Below, piece by piece: positions 17,461 to 26,978 of a stretch of 64,000 nt of DNA. This DNA is from Candidatus Magasanikiibacteriota bacterium (GTDB lineage: Bacteria > Patescibacteriota > Patescibacteriia > Magasanikbacterales > UBA922). The stretch's first letter is position 1. Every line of letters starts with the position of its first letter. Under the pieces are notes generated by a model. That model did no database searches. It worked only from the letters and a program-made list of their open reading frames with translations, and was not told the DNA's origin. A program made the translations under genes and the position numbers. The stretch is taken from NCBI GenBank assembly GCA_018651085.1, contig JABIEQ010000011.1, forward strand, positions 3,563-67,562, given 5' to 3'.

Positions 17461-17913
17461 TCAGCGGTTGTCCCTACCGAAGACCTGAGACATCATGCTC
17501 TCGACAGTGACCGTTCCTCGTCCGGGGTAAAAGGATCCCCGTAGGGTACCCATCCGAACGCTTTTTTGGGTTATAGTTTGGATCAGCTTCCGCAGATCCC
17601 CGGCCATTTCCTCACCCAAGATCCCTGCTTGATCTCTGTTCACTCCCCCGAGAACGATACTGATGGCCTTCTTGTTGAACCAAGCAGCTCCACCTGTAGG
17701 AGGCATCTTTCTGACTAGTTCATGAAGAATCCTCGTTCTCTGATCACTCGTGAAAAGTCCTCTTCTTGAGGGTGTAACCCCCACAAAAAGAAGGAGGAAG
17801 GGAGTTTGAATCTCCCTAGAGACATGGATCATTGCTTCAAGAGCTCGCAGGAACTGCTCTCGTGAGACAAACTCTGACCCAAACTGTAGACGCACTGATA
17901 TCTCCTTTTTCAT
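17461..17913 (-). CDS. Hypothetical protein (150 aa) in GC-enriched cassette 8.
   Basis: GGAGG SD then ATG. G/C-ending codons (CTG, GAG, CGC). The block 17420-17990 stands out as GC-enriched against AT-rich flanks. Confidence 0.45.
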   Translation of the reverse strand: MKKEISVRLQFGSEFVSREQFLRALEAMIHVSREIQTPFLLLFVGVTPSRRGLFTSDQRTRILHELVRKMPPTGGAAWFNKKAISIVLGGVNRDQAGILGEEMAGDLRKLIQTITQKSVRMGTLRGSFYPGRGTVTVESMMSQVFGRDNR

Positions 17914-17991
17914 ATAACCTCCACTCCCTTGGCTTTTAGTAACATAGCACCAGCCCCAACTGATGCTACCCTTATAACTTCCAAGATCTTA

Positions 17992-18020
17992 GATATAACA
18001 CTTCTTTTATAACATTGTCA
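17992..18020 (-). promoter_or_regulatory. Sigma70-like promoter for cassette 8 (TTGACA-N17-TTATAT on the minus strand).
   Basis: Read on the reverse complement, immediately beside the rpoD terminator hairpin. Confidence 0.45.
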
Positions 18021-18023
18021 ATT

Positions 18024-18055
18024 AAAAAACCATCAGTTTTCCTGATGGTTTTTTC
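18024..18055 (-). terminator. Rho-independent terminator of rpoD.
   Basis: AAAAAACCATCAGTTTTCCTGATGGTTTTTT hairpin directly after the rpoD stop. Confidence 0.6.
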
Positions 18056-18057
18056 TT

Positions 18058-19518
18058 TTAATAGTCTCGTAATTTTTTGATAACCCCGAACGTCTTAATC
18101 TTTTCTAAGGCTTTTGCCTCAATTTGTCGGATACGTTCACGAGTAACATCGAACTCTCTTCCCACTTCTTCTAATGTGTGGGTTACCCCATCTGTAAGTC
18201 CAAATCGCATTTCTAGAATCTTTTGTTCACGAGGAGAAAGATCTTCAATGGCTTCTTTAATGTAATCTTTCAAAAGAGATACCCCAGCTGAATGAGATGG
18301 ACTGACGTTTTTAACATCTTTAATAAAGTCAGCAAGTTGGGTGTCATCACTATCGTCATCCCCTACTGAAGTTTCAAGTGACACCGTATCTTGAGAAATC
18401 TTAATAATGTGTTTTACCTTATGAAGCTCTTGCCCCATTTCTGCTGCGAGTTCTTCTGGTGTTGGGTCTCGTCCAAGATCTTGAAGCAATCGTCTTTGTG
18501 TTTGCTTGAACCGATTAATGGTTTCTACCATGTGCACCGGAATACGAATTGTTCTTGACTGATCAGCAAGAGAACGAGTAATGGCTTGTCTAATCCACCA
18601 TGTTGCGTATGTTGAAAACTTATACCCTTTTCTATAATCAAATTTCTTTACCGCACGAAACAATCCGATGTTTCCTTCTTGGATAAGATCAGCTAAAGAC
18701 ATTCTTTTTCCAACAAACTTCTTTGCAATTGATACGACAAGACGAAGGTTTGCTTCGATCATTTGTCTTTCTCCTGATTTATCTCCTTTTTCATTTCTTT
18801 TTGAAAGAGATACTTCTTGATCTGCTGTTAGAAGTGGAATCTTTCCGATTTCTCGAAGGTACATTTGAATTGAATCTTGAGAAATACTTGCAAGATCAAA
18901 AGATCCACGAACATCTGGTTGATGGCCTTGGAAAGATTCTAAAATATTTTGTTTTTCTTGACGATTTCCAAGAAGTCCTCCCATTGTCTCAACAACAGTA
19001 ATACTGTGCTTATCAAGTTCATCTAAAAACCCTTCATACTCAGGGATGAATCTTTCAAGACGAGGAAATAAGTGAAAGAGTTCTATTTCTGTAATGAATC
19101 CACGGTTTCTCCCCTTTTTAATCAACCCAAGCATTTTCTGATCTTCTGGCGGAGTGATTGGACCTAATTCGATTGGAGGTTTTAATTTTACTTTTGGATT
19201 CTTTCTTTCCTTCTTCTTCTTTTTCACTACGTTCTTAGGTGATTTTTTCACCGGCTTCTTTTTTGTCTTTTTCAATACTTTTTTCACCGGCTTCTTTTTT
19301 GCTACTGCTTTTTTTGATGCTTTTTTCACTGGCTTCTTTTTTGCCGGTGTTTTTTTTGATGTCATCTTTTTTACAGTCTTCTTTACTGCCTTTTTTACCC
19401 GTGCCACTGTTTTTTTCGTAACCTTCTTCTTTTTTGCCCCTGCAGTTTTTTCACGAGTAATAATACTCGCCTTCTTAGCAGTGCTTTTTTGGGTTGTCTT
19501 CTTTTTCTTTGCTGGCAT
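18058..19518 (-). CDS. rpoD: RNA polymerase sigma factor RpoD with a lysine/proline-rich N-terminal extension of about 120 aa.
   Basis: Sigma70 regions 1.2-4 ([26 protein letters not shown]). The N-terminus consists of KKPVKK repeats. Confidence 0.85.
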   Translation of the reverse strand: MPAKKKKTTQKSTAKKASIITREKTAGAKKKKVTKKTVARVKKAVKKTVKKMTSKKTPAKKKPVKKASKKAVAKKKPVKKVLKKTKKKPVKKSPKNVVKKKKKERKNPKVKLKPPIELGPITPPEDQKMLGLIKKGRNRGFITEIELFHLFPRLERFIPEYEGFLDELDKHSITVVETMGGLLGNRQEKQNILESFQGHQPDVRGSFDLASISQDSIQMYLREIGKIPLLTADQEVSLSKRNEKGDKSGERQMIEANLRLVVSIAKKFVGKRMSLADLIQEGNIGLFRAVKKFDYRKGYKFSTYATWWIRQAITRSLADQSRTIRIPVHMVETINRFKQTQRRLLQDLGRDPTPEELAAEMGQELHKVKHIIKISQDTVSLETSVGDDDSDDTQLADFIKDVKNVSPSHSAGVSLLKDYIKEAIEDLSPREQKILEMRFGLTDGVTHTLEEVGREFDVTRERIRQIEAKALEKIKTFGVIKKLRDY

Positions 19519-19527
19519 GGTAGCAGC

Positions 19528-21312
19528 TTAAATTGATTGAAATAACTCAAGGAGTGCTCGTATTTTTTCCTTATCACCACTAGCTTCTGCTTTAGAAATG
19601 GCATGCTCTAGCTGCTTTCGCTGTTGCTTTTTCCATTCTTCGTATATCTCTTTTGCAGAGGATTCTACTCTTTCTTTTGCTTTGTCTTTTTCAATACTAG
19701 AAAATTCCCACTCACTTTGCATGAGAAGGTTATCTATCTGTTCCTTTAAATTGGCTGTTTGTAGTTCATCACCATTAGGTAATTTTCCTTTACTATACTG
19801 TATTTTGACGTTTTCGTAAAGTGCCCCATATACTGAAGTAGAGAGAGGTTTATCAAGTATAGCCAATTTTTCATCCTTTGCCATATCTGGAAATCTATAC
19901 AATAACCCTAAAACTTGCTCTATTAAGAGATCCAATCTGCTCTTCTTTTTCGTAATTTGCTCCTTTTCTTCCTTTATTTCTTCTTTTTCTCTTGTTTTAA
20001 TCTTTTTTTCTTGCCCTTGTATCCTTTGAAGGTCTTCTCTTAATATACTTTGATCTACCCCAATTCTCCCGGCTAGTTGTCTCATCCAATGATCTCTTTC
20101 TACAGCGAAAGGAATTCTACTTATTTCTGGTAAAAGAATGTCTACAATATTTTGTTTTTCTCTTGGGTTTTCTAAATCTTTCCCACTAAAATGAATCTCA
20201 AAGTACCAGCCCATGACTTCCTTGGCTTTTTCTACTGATTCAAACCACACTTCTTTATTCTTTTTAATACATTCGTCAGGATCTTTTCCTTTTCCTTCTG
20301 GAATTAAAATAACTCGAATATGCATTCCTTGCTGAAGTGCAAGATCTATCCCTCGTTTTGCAGCAACCTTTCCAGCGTCATCTCCATCAAATGCCATGTA
20401 AAAATTTTCTGAATATCGTTTTAATATTTTTATTTGTTCTTCGGTAAGGGCTGTTCCACTTGTTGCTACTACATTTTTCATTCCAGCTTGATGACAAGCA
20501 ATGACATCCATTTGTCCTTCAACCATGACAATGTAGCCTTTTTTTCTAATCTCTTGCTTGGCCTTATCTAATCCAAAGACTACCCGTGATTTGTCATACA
20601 CAATTGTTTGCGGAGTGTTTACGTATTTGCCGCCAGTATGTTCTCCTTCAACAAGTACTCTTCCAGTGAAGCCAACAACTGTTCCATGCACATCTTTTAT
20701 TGGGAACATAACTCTTCCTCGAAAACGATCATAAAATCCTTTTCCAGTTTCTGGATTAGCGTTATCTCTTTTTATGGTCATGCCTGATGCGACAAGATCA
20801 TCAATACCATACCCTTTTTTCAAAAGATATCTCGTTAAAAGATCCCATTGTTCTGGAATGAATCCAATCTGCCATTCTTCTATAGTGGCGTCTTCTACAC
20901 CGCGTTCTTTTACATATGCTCTGGCTTCTTTTGCTACATCCATTTGCATGAGCACATTGTGAAAGAAAAGTGCCGCAGCAGCATTGATGTCTTTTATTCT
21001 ATTTTTTTGATTTTTATTTACATCGTTAGCTTGTCTAGTCAATGTTACTCCAGCTTTATCTGCAAGAGTCTTTAAAGCATCCACAAATTCAACACCTTCA
21101 ATCTCTTGAAAAAAAGTAAAAATATCTCCACCTTTATTACAACCAAAACATTTAAAACTTTGGCGTTCTCTGTTTACCATAAAAGACGGGCTCTTCTCAT
21201 TATGAAATGGACAAAGCCCTTTATGATTACTTCCAGACGGCTTTAAACGGACGTATTCGCCAATGAAGTCAATGATATCTATATTTTCCTTAATCTTTTC
21301 CGTATCACTCAT
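19528..21312 (-). CDS. dnaG: DNA primase DnaG.
   Basis: Zinc ribbon CPFHNEKSPSF...CFGC, the TOPRIM domain (EGQMDVIA...DGDDAG). Confidence 0.85.
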   Translation of the reverse strand: MSDTEKIKENIDIIDFIGEYVRLKPSGSNHKGLCPFHNEKSPSFMVNRERQSFKCFGCNKGGDIFTFFQEIEGVEFVDALKTLADKAGVTLTRQANDVNKNQKNRIKDINAAAALFFHNVLMQMDVAKEARAYVKERGVEDATIEEWQIGFIPEQWDLLTRYLLKKGYGIDDLVASGMTIKRDNANPETGKGFYDRFRGRVMFPIKDVHGTVVGFTGRVLVEGEHTGGKYVNTPQTIVYDKSRVVFGLDKAKQEIRKKGYIVMVEGQMDVIACHQAGMKNVVATSGTALTEEQIKILKRYSENFYMAFDGDDAGKVAAKRGIDLALQQGMHIRVILIPEGKGKDPDECIKKNKEVWFESVEKAKEVMGWYFEIHFSGKDLENPREKQNIVDILLPEISRIPFAVERDHWMRQLAGRIGVDQSILREDLQRIQGQEKKIKTREKEEIKEEKEQITKKKSRLDLLIEQVLGLLYRFPDMAKDEKLAILDKPLSTSVYGALYENVKIQYSKGKLPNGDELQTANLKEQIDNLLMQSEWEFSSIEKDKAKERVESSAKEIYEEWKKQQRKQLEHAISKAEASGDKEKIRALLELFQSI

Positions 21313-21433
21313 ATATGATTAATCTACCAGATTTACTTTTTTAAGTAAACGGAAGCGCTTCCTTTACCCTGTTTTCCACCTATTTGTTTAATCTATACAA
21401 ATCCACATCATTTTGTGATGTGGATTCTTTAAC

Positions 21434-23338
21434 TTATTCAAGGATTGCTCGTATTCTTCTAATGCCAGCACTACTTGCCTTTTCTTTTTTTATTTTAAAT
21501 GTTCCAAGGGTCCCCGTTTTTTCTACATGTGGACCACCACAAAGTTCTCTACTAAATGTTTTTGCCCCTAGATGTGCTTGAGGTGCTCCATTTGGATCTC
21601 CTACAGTATAGACTTTCACCTTATCTCCATACTTATCTCCAAATAATCCAATGGCTCCTTTTTCCTTTGCTTCTTCTACAGTCATTTCTTTAAATGACAC
21701 ACTATAGTCTTCTTTAATTGCGGCATTCACAAGATCTTCTACCTTTTTCTTTTCTTCGTCAGTAAGCTTCTCCCCATGAACAAAATCAAAACGTAATCTT
21801 TCTGGTGTAATGTTACTTCCTTTTTGCGTTGCTTGAGGACCGAGTACTTCTAAAAGTGCAGCATGAAGTAAATGCGTCGCGGTATGATATTTCACACTCA
21901 TGTCTGAATGATCAGACATGCCACCTTTAAATTTTTGTGCGGCACCTTCACGAGACATGTTTTGATGTTTTTGCATCTCTTTTTTAAATGCCTCTTCATC
22001 AATAGTGAATCCACCTTCTTCAGCAAGTTCTTTCGTGATTTCAAAAGGAAATCCAAAACTTTGATACAAATCAAAGGCATCTTTTGTTTCTACCTTCTCA
22101 CCTGTTTTTAATGATGCCGTTATTTCAGTAAACTTTTTCATTCCAGCACTTAACGTCTTTCTGAATTTTTCTTCTTCTTTTTCTACAGCATTAAGAATTC
22201 TTTCTTTTTCTTCTTGTAATGCTGGGTACGCCTGTTTATACGTATCTATAACTTGTTTTATAACATCAGTACATTTTCCTGATTCTATTCCTAACGTATC
22301 AATAAAACGAATTGCTCGACGGAGCATTCTTCTTGTGAAATAGCCTTGATCTTTATTTGATGGTTCAGCACCATCAAGAATCATAAACGTTACGCCGCGA
22401 AGATGATCCATTATTACTCGAAATGCGTATACTTCTTTTTCTCCTTCTCCATATACTTTTCCTGATAGTTGTTCAAGCGTTGTTCGTATTGGAGTAAATA
22501 ACTCTGTCATGAATATATCAGGATTATGTATTTTGGCTGCGGCAATTCTTTCTAACCCACCACCAAAGTCTACATTCTTTTGAGATAGTGGTACAAATCC
22601 ATTTTCTGTTTTTTGATATTCCATGAATACATTATTCCCAATTTCAAGGAATCGTCCACAGTCACAATTTACGTGACATGGTTCATCCTTCCACTCAGAC
22701 ACCTTGTGCAATTCTAATGCTCCTCCAAAATCCCAGAACATTTCCGTATCTGGCCCACCAGGTTCTCCAACAGGCATGTTGTTTGGTACGCCTGCTCTAC
22801 TCCACCAATTTTTACTTTCGTCATAATAAAAAATACGTGCATCTTGCATGCCATTTTTTTCTGGAAAGTCTGCAATATTGGCTTCTACCCCTTTTTCTTC
22901 AAATAATTTTTTCCAGAGTTCTGCTGATTCAACATCCTTTGCAATCTGTAATTCTTCATTTCCTCTAAAACACGTAATATATAAATTCTTTGGGTCAAGA
23001 CCAACAATATTTGTCAAAAAATCAAACATCCAAGGAATTTGTTCTTGCTTGAAGTAATCACCAAGTGACCAGTTTCCAAGCATCTCAAAAAAAGTGGTGT
23101 GACGATTGTCCCCGACTTCTTCGATGTCTTGGGTTCTGATACATTTTTGTGAATCTGTAATTCGTGTTCCTCCTGGATGAGATTCACCTAAAAGATATGG
23201 CACCATTGGTTGCATGCCTGATCCTGTAAAAAGAGTCGTTGGATCGTTTTCTGGGAGAATTGATGCTGAAGGAACAATCTTATGCCCCTTATCTTTAAAA
23301 TAATTGAGATACAATTCTCTTATATCATGTGCATTCAT
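21434..23338 (-). CDS. alaS: Alanine--tRNA ligase, short form (634 aa, lacking the usual C-terminal domain).
   Basis: Class II motifs FFEMLGNWS. The editing-domain HxxxH...CGGPH motif (HTATHLLH ... CGGPHV). Confidence 0.85.
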   Translation of the reverse strand: MNAHDIRELYLNYFKDKGHKIVPSASILPENDPTTLFTGSGMQPMVPYLLGESHPGGTRITDSQKCIRTQDIEEVGDNRHTTFFEMLGNWSLGDYFKQEQIPWMFDFLTNIVGLDPKNLYITCFRGNEELQIAKDVESAELWKKLFEEKGVEANIADFPEKNGMQDARIFYYDESKNWWSRAGVPNNMPVGEPGGPDTEMFWDFGGALELHKVSEWKDEPCHVNCDCGRFLEIGNNVFMEYQKTENGFVPLSQKNVDFGGGLERIAAAKIHNPDIFMTELFTPIRTTLEQLSGKVYGEGEKEVYAFRVIMDHLRGVTFMILDGAEPSNKDQGYFTRRMLRRAIRFIDTLGIESGKCTDVIKQVIDTYKQAYPALQEEKERILNAVEKEEEKFRKTLSAGMKKFTEITASLKTGEKVETKDAFDLYQSFGFPFEITKELAEEGGFTIDEEAFKKEMQKHQNMSREGAAQKFKGGMSDHSDMSVKYHTATHLLHAALLEVLGPQATQKGSNITPERLRFDFVHGEKLTDEEKKKVEDLVNAAIKEDYSVSFKEMTVEEAKEKGAIGLFGDKYGDKVKVYTVGDPNGAPQAHLGAKTFSRELCGGPHVEKTGTLGTFKIKKEKASSAGIRRIRAILE

Positions 23339-23407
23339 ATAAATAGTCGTCTAGAAAATAATAATATAGCCTTACTGTAGCGATTTTTTCGCTATAAATC
23401 AAGTAGC

Positions 23408-24178
23408 TTAGATGGCGATTTCTAGAATGACTGGACAATGGTCTGATCCCATTTGATCATTATCATAGCTAATACTCTTCACTTTCTTTACATCTTCCTT
23501 ATCTACAAAAAAGTAATCAATGCGCCAACCAACATTTCTTGACCGCGCTTTTGAGATCATATGCCAATATGAATACATAACCTTATCTTTAAAGGTATGT
23601 CTAAAAATATCAATCCAATTATTCTTTATGCATTTCGTTATCCACGCCCGTTCTTTTGGATGAAAGCCGATCTTCCCATCATTATTTTTTGGTCGTGCAA
23701 TATCAATTTCTTCGTGCGCACAATTAATGTCTCCACACCATACAACCTTTCTTCCTTTTTTTCGTAGTGTGTTAATGTGCTTTAGAAACTTTTCATAAAA
23801 TACGAGTTTTCCTTCCCAAGCTTCGCTTGATTTTCCTCCATTTGGAAAATAATTACCAAAGAGCGTCCACTCACCGATGTCTACACTTATAATTCGTCCT
23901 TCGTTTTCTTTGAACCGTGGGATACCTCTATTAATAGTATAGTCGCCAAGACTTTTTTTAATCCAAATACTCGTACCAGAATATCCTTTCTTCTCTGCTG
24001 AATGGTAGTGTTGATCATACTCTTGGTATGCGTCAATGATTTTTTGTATCTGTTCTTCTTGAGATTTTGTTTCTTGGATAAACAAAATATCCGGGTTATG
24101 CTTTTTTATAAAAGCACCAAGATCTTCCTTTCTTTCTACCGCTCGAATACCGTTTACGTTCCATGAGATGATTTTCAT
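23408..24178 (-). CDS. xth: Exodeoxyribonuclease III (AP endonuclease).
   Basis: MKIISWNVNG ... FIQETK ... GDINCAHEEIDI ... SDHCPV are the ExoIII family motifs. Confidence 0.85.
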   Translation of the reverse strand: MKIISWNVNGIRAVERKEDLGAFIKKHNPDILFIQETKSQEEQIQKIIDAYQEYDQHYHSAEKKGYSGTSIWIKKSLGDYTINRGIPRFKENEGRIISVDIGEWTLFGNYFPNGGKSSEAWEGKLVFYEKFLKHINTLRKKGRKVVWCGDINCAHEEIDIARPKNNDGKIGFHPKERAWITKCIKNNWIDIFRHTFKDKVMYSYWHMISKARSRNVGWRIDYFFVDKEDVKKVKSISYDNDQMGSDHCPVILEIAI

Positions 24179-25752
24179 AATGTTTCTTCTTTTTCAAGGT
24201 CTTTATCTGTAACTACAATACGCTGTTGATTTTCTTCTTTTAAAAGTGCACTGGCTTTTATCTTTTCTATGGCCATATGAAACTCTACTGTTTTTTCTCT
24301 TTTTTCAATGTACTTTTTTCCTTCATCTAATATTCTTTGCAAACTCATTTTATCTTTTAAGGATAAGTCTTCTATTCTGCCTTCTTCAAACAATGAATCT
24401 AACTCGGGAATAACATCAACTGATAATCTACTTAAGTATCTAAGATCTAATTCTTTTCCCTCTTCTGTAAATCTATACACATTTTTTTCAGCTATTACTC
24501 TATCAACATTAATTGCTGAAACAATACTCAATGCAACAGCTCCGAGGATAAGGCTAGAATGGAAAAACTTTCTAAATGATAATTTCCCAATAAGGCTTGC
24601 CCCAGAAAAAACTAATAGTAAAAATACTAAATAGATGAACCATTCAACATATAATCGTAACACTGTGAACCCAAATGCATCTTGATATAGGTTCATCCGT
24701 TTAAGCGCTGAAGCAGCGACCACTCCTACCTGAATAATTAACAATGTTTGAAGCACATTGATAACTTTATGCGATCCGTGACGAACAAAAGCTCTGTATG
24801 AGATAAGAAGTAATATTGCAGCAAATATAATCACCCACACAAGTTCAAAAAATCCTTTTCTGGCATATTCTGCAAAGGTAAGGCCATTTTCTAATACAAA
24901 GTCAGAGGTGCCAAACAAATGACGAAACTGTACGGCCACAAATGCAAGAAATAATACATTTACCAGTCCTAACACAATCCCTGCAATGACACCATCTATC
25001 TTTCTTACTTTTTCATTCTTTTTTTCAAGGACATACTCTTTTGCAACGACAACATAAAATAGTCCACCAAGCCATAAGGTGATAATTCCTGTTCTAAATA
25101 CACGCCAAGCAAGTTCTAAGTCCACGTCAACAAATACAAGTTTTTGTACCCACTCAGCAAAAATCGGATCTGCTTTTGAAAATAACCATGTAAATAACCC
25201 TAAAATTGGAACAGCAATAACAAACCCGAGCAATATTTTTCGTAAAATATCTTTATTCATGTCTTGTTTCCAAATAAAAACATCTTTTATCATGAGCCAC
25301 CATTTACGAAACAACAAATCAATGTCGCTAAACAATGGTATTTTGCTTAAAGAAAATAAATATTTTTGTGGATTTTGTAATGGCAAAAAAGCTGTATATA
25401 AAACTGAAAGAATTAATATAAATACTGGTATTCCCCCACTTCTTAATTCATTGTTGAGTGTTACTACTGATACTCCCATGATACAAATAGGTATAAGCAA
25501 TGTTAATGCCCAAGGTTGACGAAACTTTTTCAATGCTAATGTAATGATTGTAAACCCTACGAGATATACTAATATAAAAAAGAGGAAGTTTATTCCTATT
25601 TCTTTTTCCCAAAAAAATATGTCATATACAATTCCTATTCCTAATCCGAATGTAATAAAAAGAAGTCTATGCCAACGTTCCTTTGGTTGAGTTCCTACAA
25701 GTTTATTCATATTGATGTAGTTAATGTTCTTTTTACTATACCAAAACACCAC
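24175..25752 (-). CDS. Hypothetical polytopic membrane protein with a charged, coiled C-terminal cytoplasmic region.
   Basis: At least 10 predicted TM helices. No catalytic motif recognised. The true start may be the internal MNKLVGT. Confidence 0.45.
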   Translation of the reverse strand: MVFWYSKKNINYINMNKLVGTQPKERWHRLLFITFGLGIGIVYDIFFWEKEIGINFLFFILVYLVGFTIITLALKKFRQPWALTLLIPICIMGVSVVTLNNELRSGGIPVFILILSVLYTAFLPLQNPQKYLFSLSKIPLFSDIDLLFRKWWLMIKDVFIWKQDMNKDILRKILLGFVIAVPILGLFTWLFSKADPIFAEWVQKLVFVDVDLELAWRVFRTGIITLWLGGLFYVVVAKEYVLEKKNEKVRKIDGVIAGIVLGLVNVLFLAFVAVQFRHLFGTSDFVLENGLTFAEYARKGFFELVWVIIFAAILLLISYRAFVRHGSHKVINVLQTLLIIQVGVVAASALKRMNLYQDAFGFTVLRLYVEWFIYLVFLLLVFSGASLIGKLSFRKFFHSSLILGAVALSIVSAINVDRVIAEKNVYRFTEEGKELDLRYLSRLSVDVIPELDSLFEEGRIEDLSLKDKMSLQRILDEGKKYIEKREKTVEFHMAIEKIKASALLKEENQQRIVVTDKDLEKEETL

Positions 25753-25781
25753 AATTAGTAAATAGTATATTTATAATAAAC

Positions 25782-25854
25782 AAAAGCAGCCTTTCATTAA
25801 AAGGCTGCTTTTGCACGAACCCGACGATCTCCCCCTCGAGATGCCGTCGGGTTC
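25782..25854 (-). terminator. Tandem hairpins: an AT-rich host-like terminator and a GC-rich cassette hairpin.
   Basis: AAAAGCAGCCTTTCATTAAAAGGCTGCTTTT, followed by GAACCCGACG-N18-CGTCGGGTTC which contains CTCGAGGGGG. Sits between the polytopic membrane gene and the cassette 2 ORF. Confidence 0.55.
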
Positions 25855-25881
25855 AGGTTGAAAGAACGTGGTGGCTTGGCC

Positions 25882-26769
25882 TCAGCCCTCGGCGAGGAGC
25901 AGACACATCATGGCGCAGATGACGTGTTGGCCGAGAAGGCTTTCTTTGGCGAGCCACAGGATGTCGGCGCGGGTGCACCACCGGTCCCCTTCGATGAGCT
26001 CCATGTCCTCTCGTCGTCCCGGGATCATGAAGCAGTCATCTTGCTTCCCGAGAAAGCGAGCTCCATCCTGTTGAACCGAAAGAGGGTCGGTGACGCTCTT
26101 CTGGTTGAACAACTCCGAGTAGGGCGGCTTGTTGCCACCATGGAGCTGGATAAAATTCGCCAACGAAGCATGGAGAGGACTCGTGACCACAACGTGACCA
26201 TCAAGGTTGCTGTTCCCAGGTTCGACTTTGGTTCGAAGGAGAATCAAGTCCTCCTCTTCGTCACGGATGATGACGATAGCGCCAGGGTGATTCCCGACCC
26301 TACGCACCATGGGCTGAACCCAGTCATGGACCTCTCGCCCCGCTGCGTGAACACCAACTCCCACGACTTCGAAGAAGCTGAGGCTGCTCTGGCCCTCTTG
26401 AGGAGGCCTCTGAGCCATGACCATGGTGTCTGCAGCCAAGAAGACGAGTCGCTCTTTCCCGGTCTTGACGTCTTGCCCGGTACTGAAGCTCTTGAAACCC
26501 GTGAAGGGCACGACTTCACTCGGAGTGCTCTCGAAACCTTCGAGGGCCGATTCTGGCCGACTGAAGTTCCAAGGCCCCTCGAAGGTCACCCGCATGAGGC
26601 TCTGACCAATTACCCAGCCAGAGAGTTTTCCTCGTCTATCACTGGGCTTGTTTGCCCACTCGAAGATCTCGGACCACCCCAAAAGGAGTTCTCCGAAACC
26701 GACCGCATTTGCGGCCATCTTAGACCGCTCCTGGGCCGCCTTGACCCAGTCTTGGACACTTTCGTCCAT
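25882..26769 (-). CDS. Hypothetical protein (295 aa) in GC-rich cassette 2.
   Basis: AGGAGGG SD 4 nt before the ATG. G/C-ending codons. A fully overlapping antisense ORF also exists. The minus strand is preferred because of the SD and the tandem downstream hairpins. Confidence 0.45.
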   Translation of the reverse strand: MDESVQDWVKAAQERSKMAANAVGFGELLLGWSEIFEWANKPSDRRGKLSGWVIGQSLMRVTFEGPWNFSRPESALEGFESTPSEVVPFTGFKSFSTGQDVKTGKERLVFLAADTMVMAQRPPQEGQSSLSFFEVVGVGVHAAGREVHDWVQPMVRRVGNHPGAIVIIRDEEEDLILLRTKVEPGNSNLDGHVVVTSPLHASLANFIQLHGGNKPPYSELFNQKSVTDPLSVQQDGARFLGKQDDCFMIPGRREDMELIEGDRWCTRADILWLAKESLLGQHVICAMMCLLLAEG

Positions 26770-26777
26770 CTTCCCTC

Positions 26778-26793
26778 CTATCCAATTGGATAG
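26778..26793. promoter_or_regulatory. Perfect 16-nt palindrome CTATCCAATTGGATAG abutting the cassette 2 SD; candidate operator.
   Basis: Seen in the sequence, immediately 5' of GGAGGGAAG-ATG on the minus strand. Confidence 0.3.
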
Positions 26794-26978
26794 CTTTTCG
26801 TCTTTCTACATCATCCCCCATGGATTCAGCAGTCTAACGACAATCTGTGACACCCCATATATTTCTATATAGTGAGATGTTTTTATCTATATATAATGTT
26901 TTATATACAAATAAAAAAGGAGGTATAGTGTACCTCCAATAGATGAATATATACTACTTTTCCTTTTTTGTCAATGAT

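Noticed and set aside
17790-17820. tRNA-like T-arm (GGGAG-TTTGAAT-CTCCC) inside cassette 8.
   Set aside because: No acceptor stem, D-arm, anticodon arm or CCA context around it. It lies inside a well-supported ORF on the opposite strand. The loop deviates from TTCRANY at the conserved C.
19154-19531. Phe-rich 125-aa plus-strand ORF.
   Set aside because: It is the mirror image of the lysine-rich AAG repeats of the rpoD tail (TTC/TTT codons). It is a repeat artefact.
25858-26793. 311-aa plus-strand ORF spanning cassette 2. Similar antisense ORFs span the other cassettes: 6261-6707, 39098-39415, 52077-52694, 58049-58473 and 59239-59718.
   Set aside because: GC-rich DNA is poor in stop codons, so long antisense ORFs are expected. 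In each case the opposite-strand ORF has the SD, the promoter and the terminator in the correct orientation.
26870-26895. T7-promoter-like string (ATCTCACTATATAGA) upstream of cassette 2.
   Set aside because: It matches only the TCACTATA core, not the full 23-nt T7 consensus. It is most likely chance in AT-rich DNA.
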